DNA of 26,226 nt from Candidatus Beckwithbacteria bacterium (GCA_030699295.1 JAUYJQ010000018.1:1-26226), one strand, 5' to 3'; positions 18,063-25,943 are shown, numbered from the stretch's first letter. A program made the numbers and translations. The notes: generated by a model not told the origin, from the letters alone.

Positions 18063-18977
18063 ATGTTAGCCATCAATTTTAAAACCACTGCCCAAGCCGA
18101 AACCAAGGATTTCGGCCGCTTTGAGTTATCACCCATAGAGCCGGGTTATGGCCAGACCTTGGGTAACGCCTTAAGGCGGGTTCTGCTGTCCTCTCTTCCC
18201 GGTGCGGCCATTACCAGCGCCACCATTGAGGGAGCCACCCATCAGTTCACCACTCTGGCCGGTGTTAAAGAAGACGTGGTTGAGCTGCTGCTCAATTTAA
18301 AACAGGTGCGCTTAAAATATTCCGGTGAAGAGCCGGTGACCGCCAAGCTGCAGTCAAGCGGAGCGGGGAAAGTTAAGGCTAGTGATATCGAGGCCCCGGC
18401 CAAAGTGACTGTGGTTAACAAAGATCTTTTGTTGGCTAACCTGGCAGACAAAAAGACCAAGCTTAGTGTCAAGCTGGAAATTCAATCCGGCTATGGCTAC
18501 TTGCCGGCCCAAAACCGCACCCCCAAACACTTGGGTGAGATAATTTTAGATGCGGCTTTTTCGCCGGTTGTCCGGGTCAACTTCCATGTAGAGACGGTTC
18601 GCCTGGGTCGGCGGGCTGATTTAGACAAGTTGGTTTTGGAAATCTTCACCAACGGGGTCATCAAGCCGAGTGAGGCTTTAAATCAAGCGGCCGAGATTTT
18701 GATCCGCTCGTTTGACCAGATTATTAACCCGGTGGCGGCCCCCGAGCCTAAAGCTGAGCCGATCCTGCTCGATGATAACGACTTGCTTAAGTTGTCAGTC
18801 GAAGAGCTCGATCTGCCGACGCGGATAGCCAACGCTCTTCGTAAAGGCGGTTATGCCACGGTGGCCGATTTAGCCGGTGCCACCCACCCGGATTTTGCCA
18901 AGGTGAAAAACCTGGGCGGCAAGTCAGTGGAAATTATTATCAAAAAACTAAAGAGCAAAGGAGTGGAGATTAAGTGA
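18063..18977 (+). CDS. rpoA: DNA-directed RNA polymerase subunit alpha
   Basis: PGYGQTLGNALRRVLLSSLPGAAIT, GVKEDV and DAAFSPVVRV, plus alpha-CTD EELDLPTRIANAL. The start is placed at ATG 18063 after AGGAGG (18054-18059). Confidence 0.98.
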   Translation: MLAINFKTTAQAETKDFGRFELSPIEPGYGQTLGNALRRVLLSSLPGAAITSATIEGATHQFTTLAGVKEDVVELLLNLKQVRLKYSGEEPVTAKLQSSGAGKVKASDIEAPAKVTVVNKDLLLANLADKKTKLSVKLEIQSGYGYLPAQNRTPKHLGEIILDAAFSPVVRVNFHVETVRLGRRADLDKLVLEIFTNGVIKPSEALNQAAEILIRSFDQIINPVAAPEPKAEPILLDDNDLLKLSVEELDLPTRIANALRKGGYATVADLAGATHPDFAKVKNLGGKSVEIIIKKLKSKGVEIK

Positions 18978-19351
18978 GGCACCAATTAGCCGGCCGTAAA
19001 CTGGGCCGCAATACCCACGAACGCCGGTCCTTATTCAAGAACCTGATTCGCTCCTTGATTTTAAATGAGCGGATCAAGACCACTGTGGCTAAAGCTAAAA
19101 CGATTCGGCCGATTGTTGATAAGCTGATGACTCAGGCCAAGGCTAATACCTTAGCCGGCCGCCGCCGGGTGCTGGCGGTTTTAGTCGATAGAGCAGCGGT
19201 CGATAAGTTGTTTAAAGAGTTAGCCCCGCGGACAGCCAAGCGGACCAGCGGTTTTACCCGGATTCGCCGTTTGGGCCAAAGACGGGGAGATAATAGCCTG
19301 TTGGCGCAGATGGAGTGGGTAGACCAGAAAGCGGAGAAGAAAACTAAATGA
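18974..19351 (+). CDS. rplQ: 50S ribosomal protein L17
   Basis: MRH...RKLGR, IKTTVAKAK and SGFTRI motifs. GTG start in a GTGA overlap with the rpoA stop. Confidence 0.99.
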   Translation: MRHQLAGRKLGRNTHERRSLFKNLIRSLILNERIKTTVAKAKTIRPIVDKLMTQAKANTLAGRRRVLAVLVDRAAVDKLFKELAPRTAKRTSGFTRIRRLGQRRGDNSLLAQMEWVDQKAEKKTK

Positions 19352-19728
19352 TTACCAGAAAGTGGCACACTATCGACGTCAAAGACCAGATTTTGGGCCG
19401 GGTTTGCACCAAAATTGCCCAGCTGCTGATCGGTAAGGGTAAGGTTGACTACGCCCCCAACTTAGACGGCGGCGATTACGTGGTGGTAACAAACAGCGAT
19501 GAAGTTAAGTTAACCGGCAAAAAAGAATTAAACAAATTCTACTACAGCCACTCAAACTACCCGGGTGGTTTTAAGCAAATATCCGTTCATGAACAAAGAG
19601 CCAAAGATTCGCGCCAGCTGATTATTCACGCCGTCTCGAAAATGCTGCCCAAAAACAAGCTGCGGGCAGATAGATTAAAAAGATTAAAAGTTTTTACCGG
19701 AAGTGAGCATCCTTATGGCAAAAATTAA
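19348..19728 (+). CDS. rplM: 50S ribosomal protein L13
   Basis: WHTIDVKDQILGR, GDYVVVTN, HSNYPGG and MLPKNKL motifs. Confidence 0.99.
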   Translation: MITRKWHTIDVKDQILGRVCTKIAQLLIGKGKVDYAPNLDGGDYVVVTNSDEVKLTGKKELNKFYYSHSNYPGGFKQISVHEQRAKDSRQLIIHAVSKMLPKNKLRADRLKRLKVFTGSEHPYGKN

Positions 19729-20116
19729 TTACACTCCGGCCATTGGCCGCAGAAAACGGGCGGTAGCCCGGGTCCGTCTGCTCAAGGGTAAAGAGCCAAT
19801 TGTGGTCAACAACGTCCCGGCGGCCACCTATTTTCCCGGTTTGATTAATCAAAAACTCCTTCAGGAACCTTTGCGCCTCTGCGAGCTCGAAGGCAAATAT
19901 ACCGTTACAGTCAGAGTGGTTGGCTCGGGGCCAACCAGCCAGCTGCTGGCAGTCATCCATGCCATAGCCAGGGCCATTGTTAAATTAAACAGTGAAAAAT
20001 ATAAGCCCCGTCTTAAAGCAGCTGGGTTTTTGCGGCGAGATCCCCGGAAGCGCCAGCGGCGTATGGTGGGTACCGGCGGTAAGTCCCGGCGCCAAAAGCA
20101 AAGTCCAAAAAGATAA
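19715..20116 (+). CDS. rpsI: 30S ribosomal protein S9
   Basis: The start is placed at ATG 19715. GRRKRAVARVRL, AIARA, GFLRRDPR and RQKQSPKR motifs. Confidence 0.98.
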   Translation: MAKINYTPAIGRRKRAVARVRLLKGKEPIVVNNVPAATYFPGLINQKLLQEPLRLCELEGKYTVTVRVVGSGPTSQLLAVIHAIARAIVKLNSEKYKPRLKAAGFLRRDPRKRQRRMVGTGGKSRRQKQSPKR

Positions 20117-20213
20117 TAATAAACAGCGCCCCGCTAATTTCCTGAAAGCGATACCGGCTAATGACCGTGTGAGCGCTCAAGAAATTTTGTGGGGCAATCC
20201 CCGAAGCGCTAGG

Positions 20214-20236
20214 TATCACACACCCGGTGTGTGATA
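20214..20236. terminator. Perfect hairpin between convergent rpsI and the CBS gene (likely terminator)
   Basis: TATCACACAC-CCG-GTGTGTGATA; no clear U-tract on either side. Confidence 0.55.
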
Positions 20237-20243
20237 GAGGTAG

Positions 20244-21311
20244 TTATTGTTTCTTGAGTTGGCGGGTGAGGCGGGCTAAACCTTTTTGTAAAGCCACTTT
20301 CCAGTCGCGGCCGGAGCCTTTGGCAGTCACTTGTTTTTGATTAGTCCGCTTGGCTTGCAAGAGCACTTTATAACCGGAAACTTTGTTAGCGGCGCTTTTG
20401 TGGGTGTTTAGTTTTAGGTCAAATTTGAGTAGCGGCCAGCGCTCCTGCCATTTGAGCCGGGAACGATTAACCAAATCGATAAACCGGTCGGCGTAAGGAA
20501 AGCCCTGGGGCAGTTTCCAGGTTACAGATGGTTGGTGAGTCGAGGGTTTGGCTATAGCCGCCAGGCAGTCGCGGACCGAGATTATACCCACTGGTTGCCA
20601 GTGGTTATTGACAATCACCAAACTACCGACCTTTCGATCCAGCATCATGGTAATAGCGGCGTCTACCGGTTCGTCGGCCTTAATAGCCATGACGTCGCGT
20701 TTAATAAACCGCTTGACCGGGGCTTTGGCAGCCTTAGTTTTTTCACCGACGCGCCCCAAATTATTAGGCGAAGTTTGCGGTCGGCCTAAAGCTTCACCCA
20801 AATCATAGCGGGTCAAAATGCCGGTCAAGCGACCGCTGTCGCTAATTACCACCAGGCGGGAAACACCGGACAATTTCATTAAACTGCGGGCCTGGCCGAT
20901 GCTGGCCGTCTCTTTGATCGTCACCAAGGCTTTGGTTTTAAGCTTAAAGGTTAGCTTGGACTTACGCCTTAACAGCCTGCGGTAAGATACGATACCGAGC
21001 CATTTACCGGTGCTAGTGACAATCGGTAAAAAATAAACTTTGGATTCGAGCATCAAGCGGGCGATGGTTTCGACTTTTGTTTCCGGTTTCAGTCGCGGCG
21101 GCGAAAACAAGCAGTTTTTGACTTTAGTCGCCGCTGGGTAAGAAGTCCGGTAAAGCACGTGATAAGGCGAGACGACGCCCAAGAGTTTGTCACGGTCTTT
21201 GACAAAGACGGCGTCATGGCTGGAGTGAATCTGGGCCAGGGCCGAGGCCAAGCTGTCATCAGGGTTAGCCGTCAAAATGCCGTCGGTTTTGAGTAAGTCT
21301 TGAGCGATCAT
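20244..21311 (-). CDS. Four-CBS-domain protein with C-terminal HPF/RaiA-like domain (Hib-like ribosome hibernation factor candidate)
   Basis: Four CBS repeats end in LLGVVSPYHVL, WLGIVSYRRLL, LTGILTRYDL and PVGIISVRDCL (residues ~1-255). The ~95-aa tail ends YKVLLQAK...VTAKGSGRDWKVALQKGLARLTRQLKK, resembling the HPF/RaiA terminal strand-helix. Confidence 0.75.
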   Translation of the reverse strand: MIAQDLLKTDGILTANPDDSLASALAQIHSSHDAVFVKDRDKLLGVVSPYHVLYRTSYPAATKVKNCLFSPPRLKPETKVETIARLMLESKVYFLPIVTSTGKWLGIVSYRRLLRRKSKLTFKLKTKALVTIKETASIGQARSLMKLSGVSRLVVISDSGRLTGILTRYDLGEALGRPQTSPNNLGRVGEKTKAAKAPVKRFIKRDVMAIKADEPVDAAITMMLDRKVGSLVIVNNHWQPVGIISVRDCLAAIAKPSTHQPSVTWKLPQGFPYADRFIDLVNRSRLKWQERWPLLKFDLKLNTHKSAANKVSGYKVLLQAKRTNQKQVTAKGSGRDWKVALQKGLARLTRQLKKQ

Positions 21312-22147
21312 AATATTTCGCTGGAGTTGGCGTTTGCCTCAAAACTGTTAATGTAGACATCATTGCCCCGGCTGTCTGTACCCACCTTTTTACTTTTACC
21401 GGCCAAAATATCTTCATAAGGCTGGCAGTAGCGGCAGCCGCCGTGGGGGCATTTAAACCGTTCCAATTTTCTGGCGAGCTTGATTTCTTTGGCTATTTTT
21501 AGCAGTTCTAGCTCGGCTGTTTTTGCCTCGGGCAGGCTTTGGCTTTTGGGGGCATCATTGCGGTCAAGATACCAGTATGAGAGTTTTGTCACCGGCCTCT
21601 CTTGGGTTTGGCCCACCAGTAGATAATATATTTTTAGTTGTAATGAGTTTTGGCTTTCTTCGCCTTTGCCGGTTTTAAAGTCAATGATGTGGACGGCATT
21701 TTGTTTGGGCAGGTATTCCAGCCAGTCGATCCGGCCGCACAAAATTATATTGTCGCTTTCCGACAGCCAATAATAAGGCAGGTCCATCTTGATTTTAACA
21801 GCCAGGTTTTTTAAGGGGCCGGGGTGGGCCTCGACCTTTTTTAACATCTCCCGGCCCCGCTCTTTATATTTTAATTCGGTGGCCGGATCAAACCAGGGAT
21901 GCCAAATTTTATTAAACTGTTCCAGTAAAGATCCTTGAAAGCGGCGTTCAAGCGGCAGGCGGGATAAGTCTTCCAGGACTTCGTGGACGGCTTGGCCCAA
22001 ATTGAGCGGCGGGCTCATCAGGTTTATTTTATGGCCGGTTTTTGGATCTTTGTAAACGTTTTTTAAAAAATATGCCCGGGGACAATTGAGCCAGTCAGAA
22101 ATAGAGGAATGGGACACCCACAAAGCGTTATACTTATCTTTAACCAT
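21308..22147 (-). CDS. PD-(D/E)XK nuclease (RecB/AddB/Cas4-like, PDDEXK_1)
   Basis: SHSSISDWLNCPR, GQAVHEVLE, GRIDWLE...IIDFKTG, QLKIY and C-terminal CPHGGCRYC. The start is placed at ATG 22147 (MVKDKYNALWVS). ATGA overlap with the CBS gene. Confidence 0.88.
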   Translation of the reverse strand: MVKDKYNALWVSHSSISDWLNCPRAYFLKNVYKDPKTGHKINLMSPPLNLGQAVHEVLEDLSRLPLERRFQGSLLEQFNKIWHPWFDPATELKYKERGREMLKKVEAHPGPLKNLAVKIKMDLPYYWLSESDNIILCGRIDWLEYLPKQNAVHIIDFKTGKGEESQNSLQLKIYYLLVGQTQERPVTKLSYWYLDRNDAPKSQSLPEAKTAELELLKIAKEIKLARKLERFKCPHGGCRYCQPYEDILAGKSKKVGTDSRGNDVYINSFEANANSSEIL

Positions 22148-22856
22148 GTCTAAGTTATATTTTAGCATTATATTGCTAATTGGTTTAGGGGCGTGGTGGT
22201 TTCGTCCGGTTCCGGCCCCGGCGCCACTGCCCAGCCACTCACCACCGCTGCAGTCTTTCGGCCAATACCGCTTTGCTGCTTTTGCTATTAATGACCTTAA
22301 GCGGCTGCAACTGTTTTCCAACCTGGAGCAAAAGTTGGGTTCTGCCGAACTGATCAAAATTAATAGTTGTAGTTTCTTGGTTAATGCCGGTTTTTATGAT
22401 GAACAAAATCAGCACTTGGGTTGGTTTCAGGTAAACGGTCGGGAGTTATCCCGCCGCCGGGAGAGCCGTTTATTTGACGGATTTTTATCAATTGTGGCCG
22501 GACGGGCAGCCATTGATTTCAGTCCGGCGCCAGCAGCAGATTATGGTGTCCAGTCAGGGCCGGTGTTGGTGCATCAGGGTCAGCCGCTAAAACTTAAGCT
22601 TAAAGACGATCAGCTCCGGCGCCGGATAGTTGCCGCCATAAACAGTGACGACCAGTTGATATTTATGGTAATTTTGTCTCCCCAGTCAGATTACGCCGGT
22701 CCGCTGCTGACGGATTTGCCTGAGGTTGTTTTAGCTATTAACCCAAACATTGTCTCGGCTATCAACTTAGACGGCGGTTCCGCCTCGGCTTTTATTGACC
22801 CGGAACTGAGCCTCAAAGAATACCAGTTGTTGGGCGGCTATTTTTGCTATAATTAA
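22146..22856 (+). CDS. Phosphodiester glycosidase family (NAGPA/DUF2233-like) exported protein
   Basis: The start is placed at ATG 22146, giving an N-terminal signal/TM segment MSKLYFSIILLIGLGAWWF. VNAGFY, QSGPVLV, RRRIVA and AINLDGGSAS motifs. Confidence 0.85.
   Translation: MSKLYFSIILLIGLGAWWFRPVPAPAPLPSHSPPLQSFGQYRFAAFAINDLKRLQLFSNLEQKLGSAELIKINSCSFLVNAGFYDEQNQHLGWFQVNGRELSRRRESRLFDGFLSIVAGRAAIDFSPAPAADYGVQSGPVLVHQGQPLKLKLKDDQLRRRIVAAINSDDQLIFMVILSPQSDYAGPLLTDLPEVVLAINPNIVSAINLDGGSASAFIDPELSLKEYQLLGGYFCYN
22845..22853 (+). promoter_or_regulatory. Perfect extended -10 element just before the SIMPL gene
   Basis: TGcTATAAT lies 6 nt upstream of ATG 22860, implying a leaderless transcript. 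Confidence 0.6.
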
Positions 22857-22859
22857 CTT

Positions 22860-23576
22860 ATGACCAAATTTATTCTGGCGGTGGCTTTTTTACTAATCGG
22901 TTTAGGCGCTTCTTGGTTAACCCCCTGGAGTCAGCCCCGGGCGATGATTACTGTCACCGGTCAGGCTAAGCAACAGGTAGCAAACCAAATTGCTAATTTT
23001 AATGTCAGCGTCACTCAGGCGGATAAAGATAAGCAGGCGGCGGTTGAAGCGGTCAATCAGGAGATGGACAAAATTATTAAGGCTGTCAAAGGTCTCGGCG
23101 TAGCTGATAAAGATATTAAAACCCAAAATATTTCGGTTCACGAAATTGAAGTTGCGGAAACGGAGATTATGATTTATCCGCCCCGTCCTCGATCGGGTGA
23201 GAAGCAGTGGCAGGCGAGTAACAGCCTGGCGATAATTTTAAGAGAGGTTGATCAGACTCAGGCTTTGGCAGATTTGCTCCAGGGATTTTCCTTGGCCCAA
23301 GTTTCCGGCCCGGGTTTTAGTCTAGACGAATCAAGCGATAATGACGCCGAGTTACTGACCCAGGCAGTCGAAGACGCCCGGAAAAAGGCCGAGCAGGTGG
23401 CCGCGGCTTCCGGCCGCAAACTAGGTAAGGCATTGACGGTCAGCGAAGGTTTTTCCAGTCAGCCGGGACCGCTTTACCGGGCGATGGAAGCAGATATGGC
23501 CCTCACCCCGACACCGGTAGAACCGGGCAGTTCCCAAACGAGTAAAACCGTGACCGTGGTGTTTGAATTGAAATGA
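22860..23576 (+). CDS. SIMPL domain (DUF541) exported protein
   Basis: N-terminal signal/TM segment; ITVTGQA, DIKTQNISV, VSGPGFSL, AVEDARKKAEQVAAASGRKLG, PVEPG and VTVVFEL motifs. Confidence 0.93.
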   Translation: MTKFILAVAFLLIGLGASWLTPWSQPRAMITVTGQAKQQVANQIANFNVSVTQADKDKQAAVEAVNQEMDKIIKAVKGLGVADKDIKTQNISVHEIEVAETEIMIYPPRPRSGEKQWQASNSLAIILREVDQTQALADLLQGFSLAQVSGPGFSLDESSDNDAELLTQAVEDARKKAEQVAAASGRKLGKALTVSEGFSSQPGPLYRAMEADMALTPTPVEPGSSQTSKTVTVVFELK

Positions 23577-24220
23577 TTCCCAAGGTACTTAAGTTACCGA
23601 CTTGGCTGGTAGTCTTGCTTTTAATCCCTTACATATTTTTGTTTCCCCGTACCGCCACGCGCGATGATATTAAAGTTATCGGCGTCATCGACGGCGACAC
23701 CTTGGTTTTAGACGGCAAAGTCCGCTTGCGTTTGCGCCACCTTGATGCGCCGGAGTTGGAGTTTTGCGGCGGGGAAGAGGCCAAGCAATTACTGACAGAA
23801 TTGGTTGACGGTAAAAGCATTAGGATTGACGAAAAAATCCTCGACCAGCGGGGTCGGCCGATGGCTTTGGTTTATGTCGGCAGTAATTTAATTAATCAAA
23901 CCATGCTCGAATCTGGCTGGGCCAGGTACCATAGTGATCAAACCTCTCAAACTAAAGATATACAATCAACTGCCGATACGGCCAAAAAAGCCAGGCTGGG
24001 AATTTTTGGCCCTCAGTGTTACCAAAAGGAAAATCCGGATAAGCCTCAATGTAATATCAAGGCTAATATAGATAAGTCCACCAAAGTCAGAAAATATTAC
24101 CTGCCCAATTGTGCCCAGTATCAGTTTACGATCGTCGAAAAAGATATTGGTGAGGATTGGTTTTGCAGCGAACCAGAAGCCCAGGCCGCCGGTTTTGCCA
24201 AAGCCGCCACCTGCAAATAA
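23573..24220 (+). CDS. Thermonuclease (staphylococcal nuclease-like) family exported protein with a Cys-containing C-terminal domain
   Basis: VIGVIDGDTL, RLRLRHLDAPE, DQRGRPMALVY, MLESGWA and ARLGIFG motifs. Tail CNIKANI...YYLPNC...EKDIGEDWFCSEPEAQAAGF. Confidence 0.92.
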   Translation: MIPKVLKLPTWLVVLLLIPYIFLFPRTATRDDIKVIGVIDGDTLVLDGKVRLRLRHLDAPELEFCGGEEAKQLLTELVDGKSIRIDEKILDQRGRPMALVYVGSNLINQTMLESGWARYHSDQTSQTKDIQSTADTAKKARLGIFGPQCYQKENPDKPQCNIKANIDKSTKVRKYYLPNCAQYQFTIVEKDIGEDWFCSEPEAQAAGFAKAATCK

Positions 24221-24355
24221 TTACTTTTTTTTATTCACGTACTTCCATAAAGCAGCAATAGCCAGCATCATCAGTACCAGTAAAAGCGTATAAAAGATCC
24301 AGCCAAAAAACATCATTCCGCTACCCCAACTGCCCATCATATTATAACCCATCAT
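24221..24355 (-). CDS. Small single-pass membrane protein (44 aa, Met/Gly-rich N-terminus)
   Basis: Not in the ORF track. Translates to MMGYNMMGSWGSGMMFFGWIFYTLLLVLMMLAIAALWKYVNKKK*. A perfect SD (AAGGAGGTGA, 24371-24362) lies 6 nt upstream. Confidence 0.85.
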   Translation of the reverse strand: MMGYNMMGSWGSGMMFFGWIFYTLLLVLMMLAIAALWKYVNKKK

Positions 24356-24397
24356 TTTTCTTCACCTCCTTTCTTAGCTTGTTATATCAATCTAATG

Positions 24398-24471
24398 TCG
24401 GGGTGAGTGGACTCGAACCACCGGCCTTTCGCACCCCATGCGAACGCGCTAGCCAACTGCGCTACACCCCG
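24398..24471 (-). tRNA. tRNA-Pro(GGG), CCA not encoded
   Basis: The minus strand folds as acceptor CGGGGTG/CACCCCG, D arm GCGC/GCGC, anticodon stem TTCGC/GCGAA with loop ATGGGGT, and T arm GGTGG-TTCGAGT-CCACT. The discriminator A is followed by CATT. Confidence 0.96.
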
Positions 24472-24475
24472 TAAT

Positions 24476-24503
24476 TTGATTTTATCACAGTTTTTGCTAA
24501 ACT
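24476..24503. promoter_or_regulatory. Overlapping divergent promoter candidates for recA (+) and tRNA-Pro (-)
   Basis: Plus strand: TTGATT(24476-24481)-16 nt-TAAACT(24498-24503) with extended TG. Minus strand: TGaTAAAAT (24487-24479), 7 nt upstream of the tRNA 5' end. Confidence 0.55.
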
Positions 24504-24513
24504 AGAGACAGTT

Positions 24514-25560
24514 ATGGCGGTTAATCCGAAACTTCAGGCAATTAAAGTGGCGATGGAGCAGATCCAAAAAGAGTATGGTGCCGGGGCAATCATGAAATTG
24601 GGTGACCGGACTCATTTGGAAGTGGCCAGCATTCCCACCGGTTCATTGGCTTTGGACATTGCTTTGGGTATCGGCGGCTTACCCCGCGGCCGGATCACCG
24701 AAATCTACGGCCCGGAAGCTTCCGGTAAAACCACCCTTTGTCTGCACGTTATCGCCGAGGCCCAAAAAGCCGGCGGTACCGCCGCCTTTATTGATGCCGA
24801 ACATGCCCTTGACCCCCAGCGGGCCGAGACCATCGGCGTCAAACTCGATGATTTGTTAATCTCTCAGCCGGATACCGGCGAGCAGGCCTTAGAAATTGCC
24901 GAGACCCTGATTCGCTCCGGCGCCATCGATGTTATTTGTGTCGATTCAGTCGCCGCCTTGGTCCCCAAAGCGGAAATCGAAGGCGAAATGGGCGATTCGA
25001 TGATGGGCCTTCAGGCCAGGTTGATGAGCCAGGCGATGCGCAAACTCACCAGTGCCATTGCCAAATCCAAAGCGGTAATAATTTTCACCAATCAATTGCG
25101 AATGAAGATCGGCGTGATGTTTGGCAATCCGGAAACGACTACGGGCGGCAAAGCCTTAAAGTTTTACGCGTCAATTAGATTGGATTGCCGGAAGATCGGC
25201 AACATCCAGGATGGCGATAAAATCGTCGGCTCCCGCCATCGGATCAAAGTGGTCAAAAACAAAGTGGCCGCGCCGTTTCGGGTGGCCGAGCTGGATATTT
25301 TAAACGTCGGCGGCATTTCCCGTCTGGGTGATCTGATCGATTTGGCCGTCCTCCATGGAGTCATCGAAAAATCCGGCAGCTTCTTTAGGTTTAAAGGCGA
25401 AGTCATTGGTCAGGGCAAAGAAGCCGTCCGGGAGTCTTTGGATGAAAACCAGAAGCTGGCCAAGCAGATCGAAGCCGAAGTTTTAAACAAAATTAAAACT
25501 GGAGATCAGGAAAGCCGTGAAAGTAGGCACCGTGGCCGACCCAAGAAGCCTGCTCAGTAA
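24514..25560 (+). CDS. recA: Recombinase A
   Basis: [56 protein letters not shown] and KNKVAAPF motifs. Confidence 0.99.
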   Translation: MAVNPKLQAIKVAMEQIQKEYGAGAIMKLGDRTHLEVASIPTGSLALDIALGIGGLPRGRITEIYGPEASGKTTLCLHVIAEAQKAGGTAAFIDAEHALDPQRAETIGVKLDDLLISQPDTGEQALEIAETLIRSGAIDVICVDSVAALVPKAEIEGEMGDSMMGLQARLMSQAMRKLTSAIAKSKAVIIFTNQLRMKIGVMFGNPETTTGGKALKFYASIRLDCRKIGNIQDGDKIVGSRHRIKVVKNKVAAPFRVAELDILNVGGISRLGDLIDLAVLHGVIEKSGSFFRFKGEVIGQGKEAVRESLDENQKLAKQIEAEVLNKIKTGDQESRESRHRGRPKKPAQ

Positions 25561-25915
25561 AGCCATTAATTTATTAAGCTACCGCCCCAGAAGCGTGGCC
25601 GAAATAAAACAGCGGGGTTTGGCCGCCGCGATTCCCCAATTGATCGAACTGGATTTATTGGACGATCAGAAATTTGCCCGGTGGTGGGTCGACCAGCGGT
25701 TGACTTTTAGGCCCAAGGGCAATCGGGCGTTAACCGCCGAATTATTAGCCAAAGGGATTGATCGGGAGATCATCGCCTCGGTAATGTTGACCAGGGAAGA
25801 AGAAACCCGCCTTGCCAAAAAATTACTGGTCAAAAAAAACCTGGACAAACCCCACGCCCAAAGATATTTGTTAGCCCGCGGTTTTTCGTCAGACATTGTG
25901 TTCCAGCTGATATAA
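25517..25915 (+). CDS. recX: RecA regulator RecX
   Basis: [26 protein letters not shown] and YLLARGFS motifs; directly after recA. The start is GTG 25517 or GTG 25532. Confidence 0.93.
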   Translation: MKVGTVADPRSLLSKAINLLSYRPRSVAEIKQRGLAAAIPQLIELDLLDDQKFARWWVDQRLTFRPKGNRALTAELLAKGIDREIIASVMLTREEETRLAKKLLVKKNLDKPHAQRYLLARGFSSDIVFQLI

Positions 25916-25924
25916 TTAATCAAT

Positions 25925-25943
25925 TTCCACTCCCGGAGTGGAA
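25925..25943 (+). terminator. Hairpin downstream of recX
   Basis: TTCCACTC-CCG-GAGTGGAA; no strong U-tract. Confidence 0.45.

Noticed and set aside
20150-20200. Hammerhead-like CTAATGA...GAAA
   Set aside because: The core deviates from CUGANGA at an essential G, and the required stems do not form.
16270-20251. 15/16 match AGAGGTAGTT.TTGTT at 16270 and 20236
   Set aside because: A rough estimate gives several such matches by chance in 26 kb, and the contexts differ.
21308-22147. CRISPR-Cas interpretation of the Cas4-like nuclease
   Set aside because: No repeat-spacer array or other cas gene is in the window.
20117-24471. Genomic island integrated at tRNA-Pro
   Set aside because: There is no integrase and no duplicated tRNA 3' end, and base composition looks similar to the core genes.
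1917-25406. Many antisense or alternate-frame ORFs inside fusA, tuf, r-protein genes and recA (e.g. 4330..4968)
   Set aside because: They are shadow ORFs of conserved genes with biased codon usage and show no independent signals.
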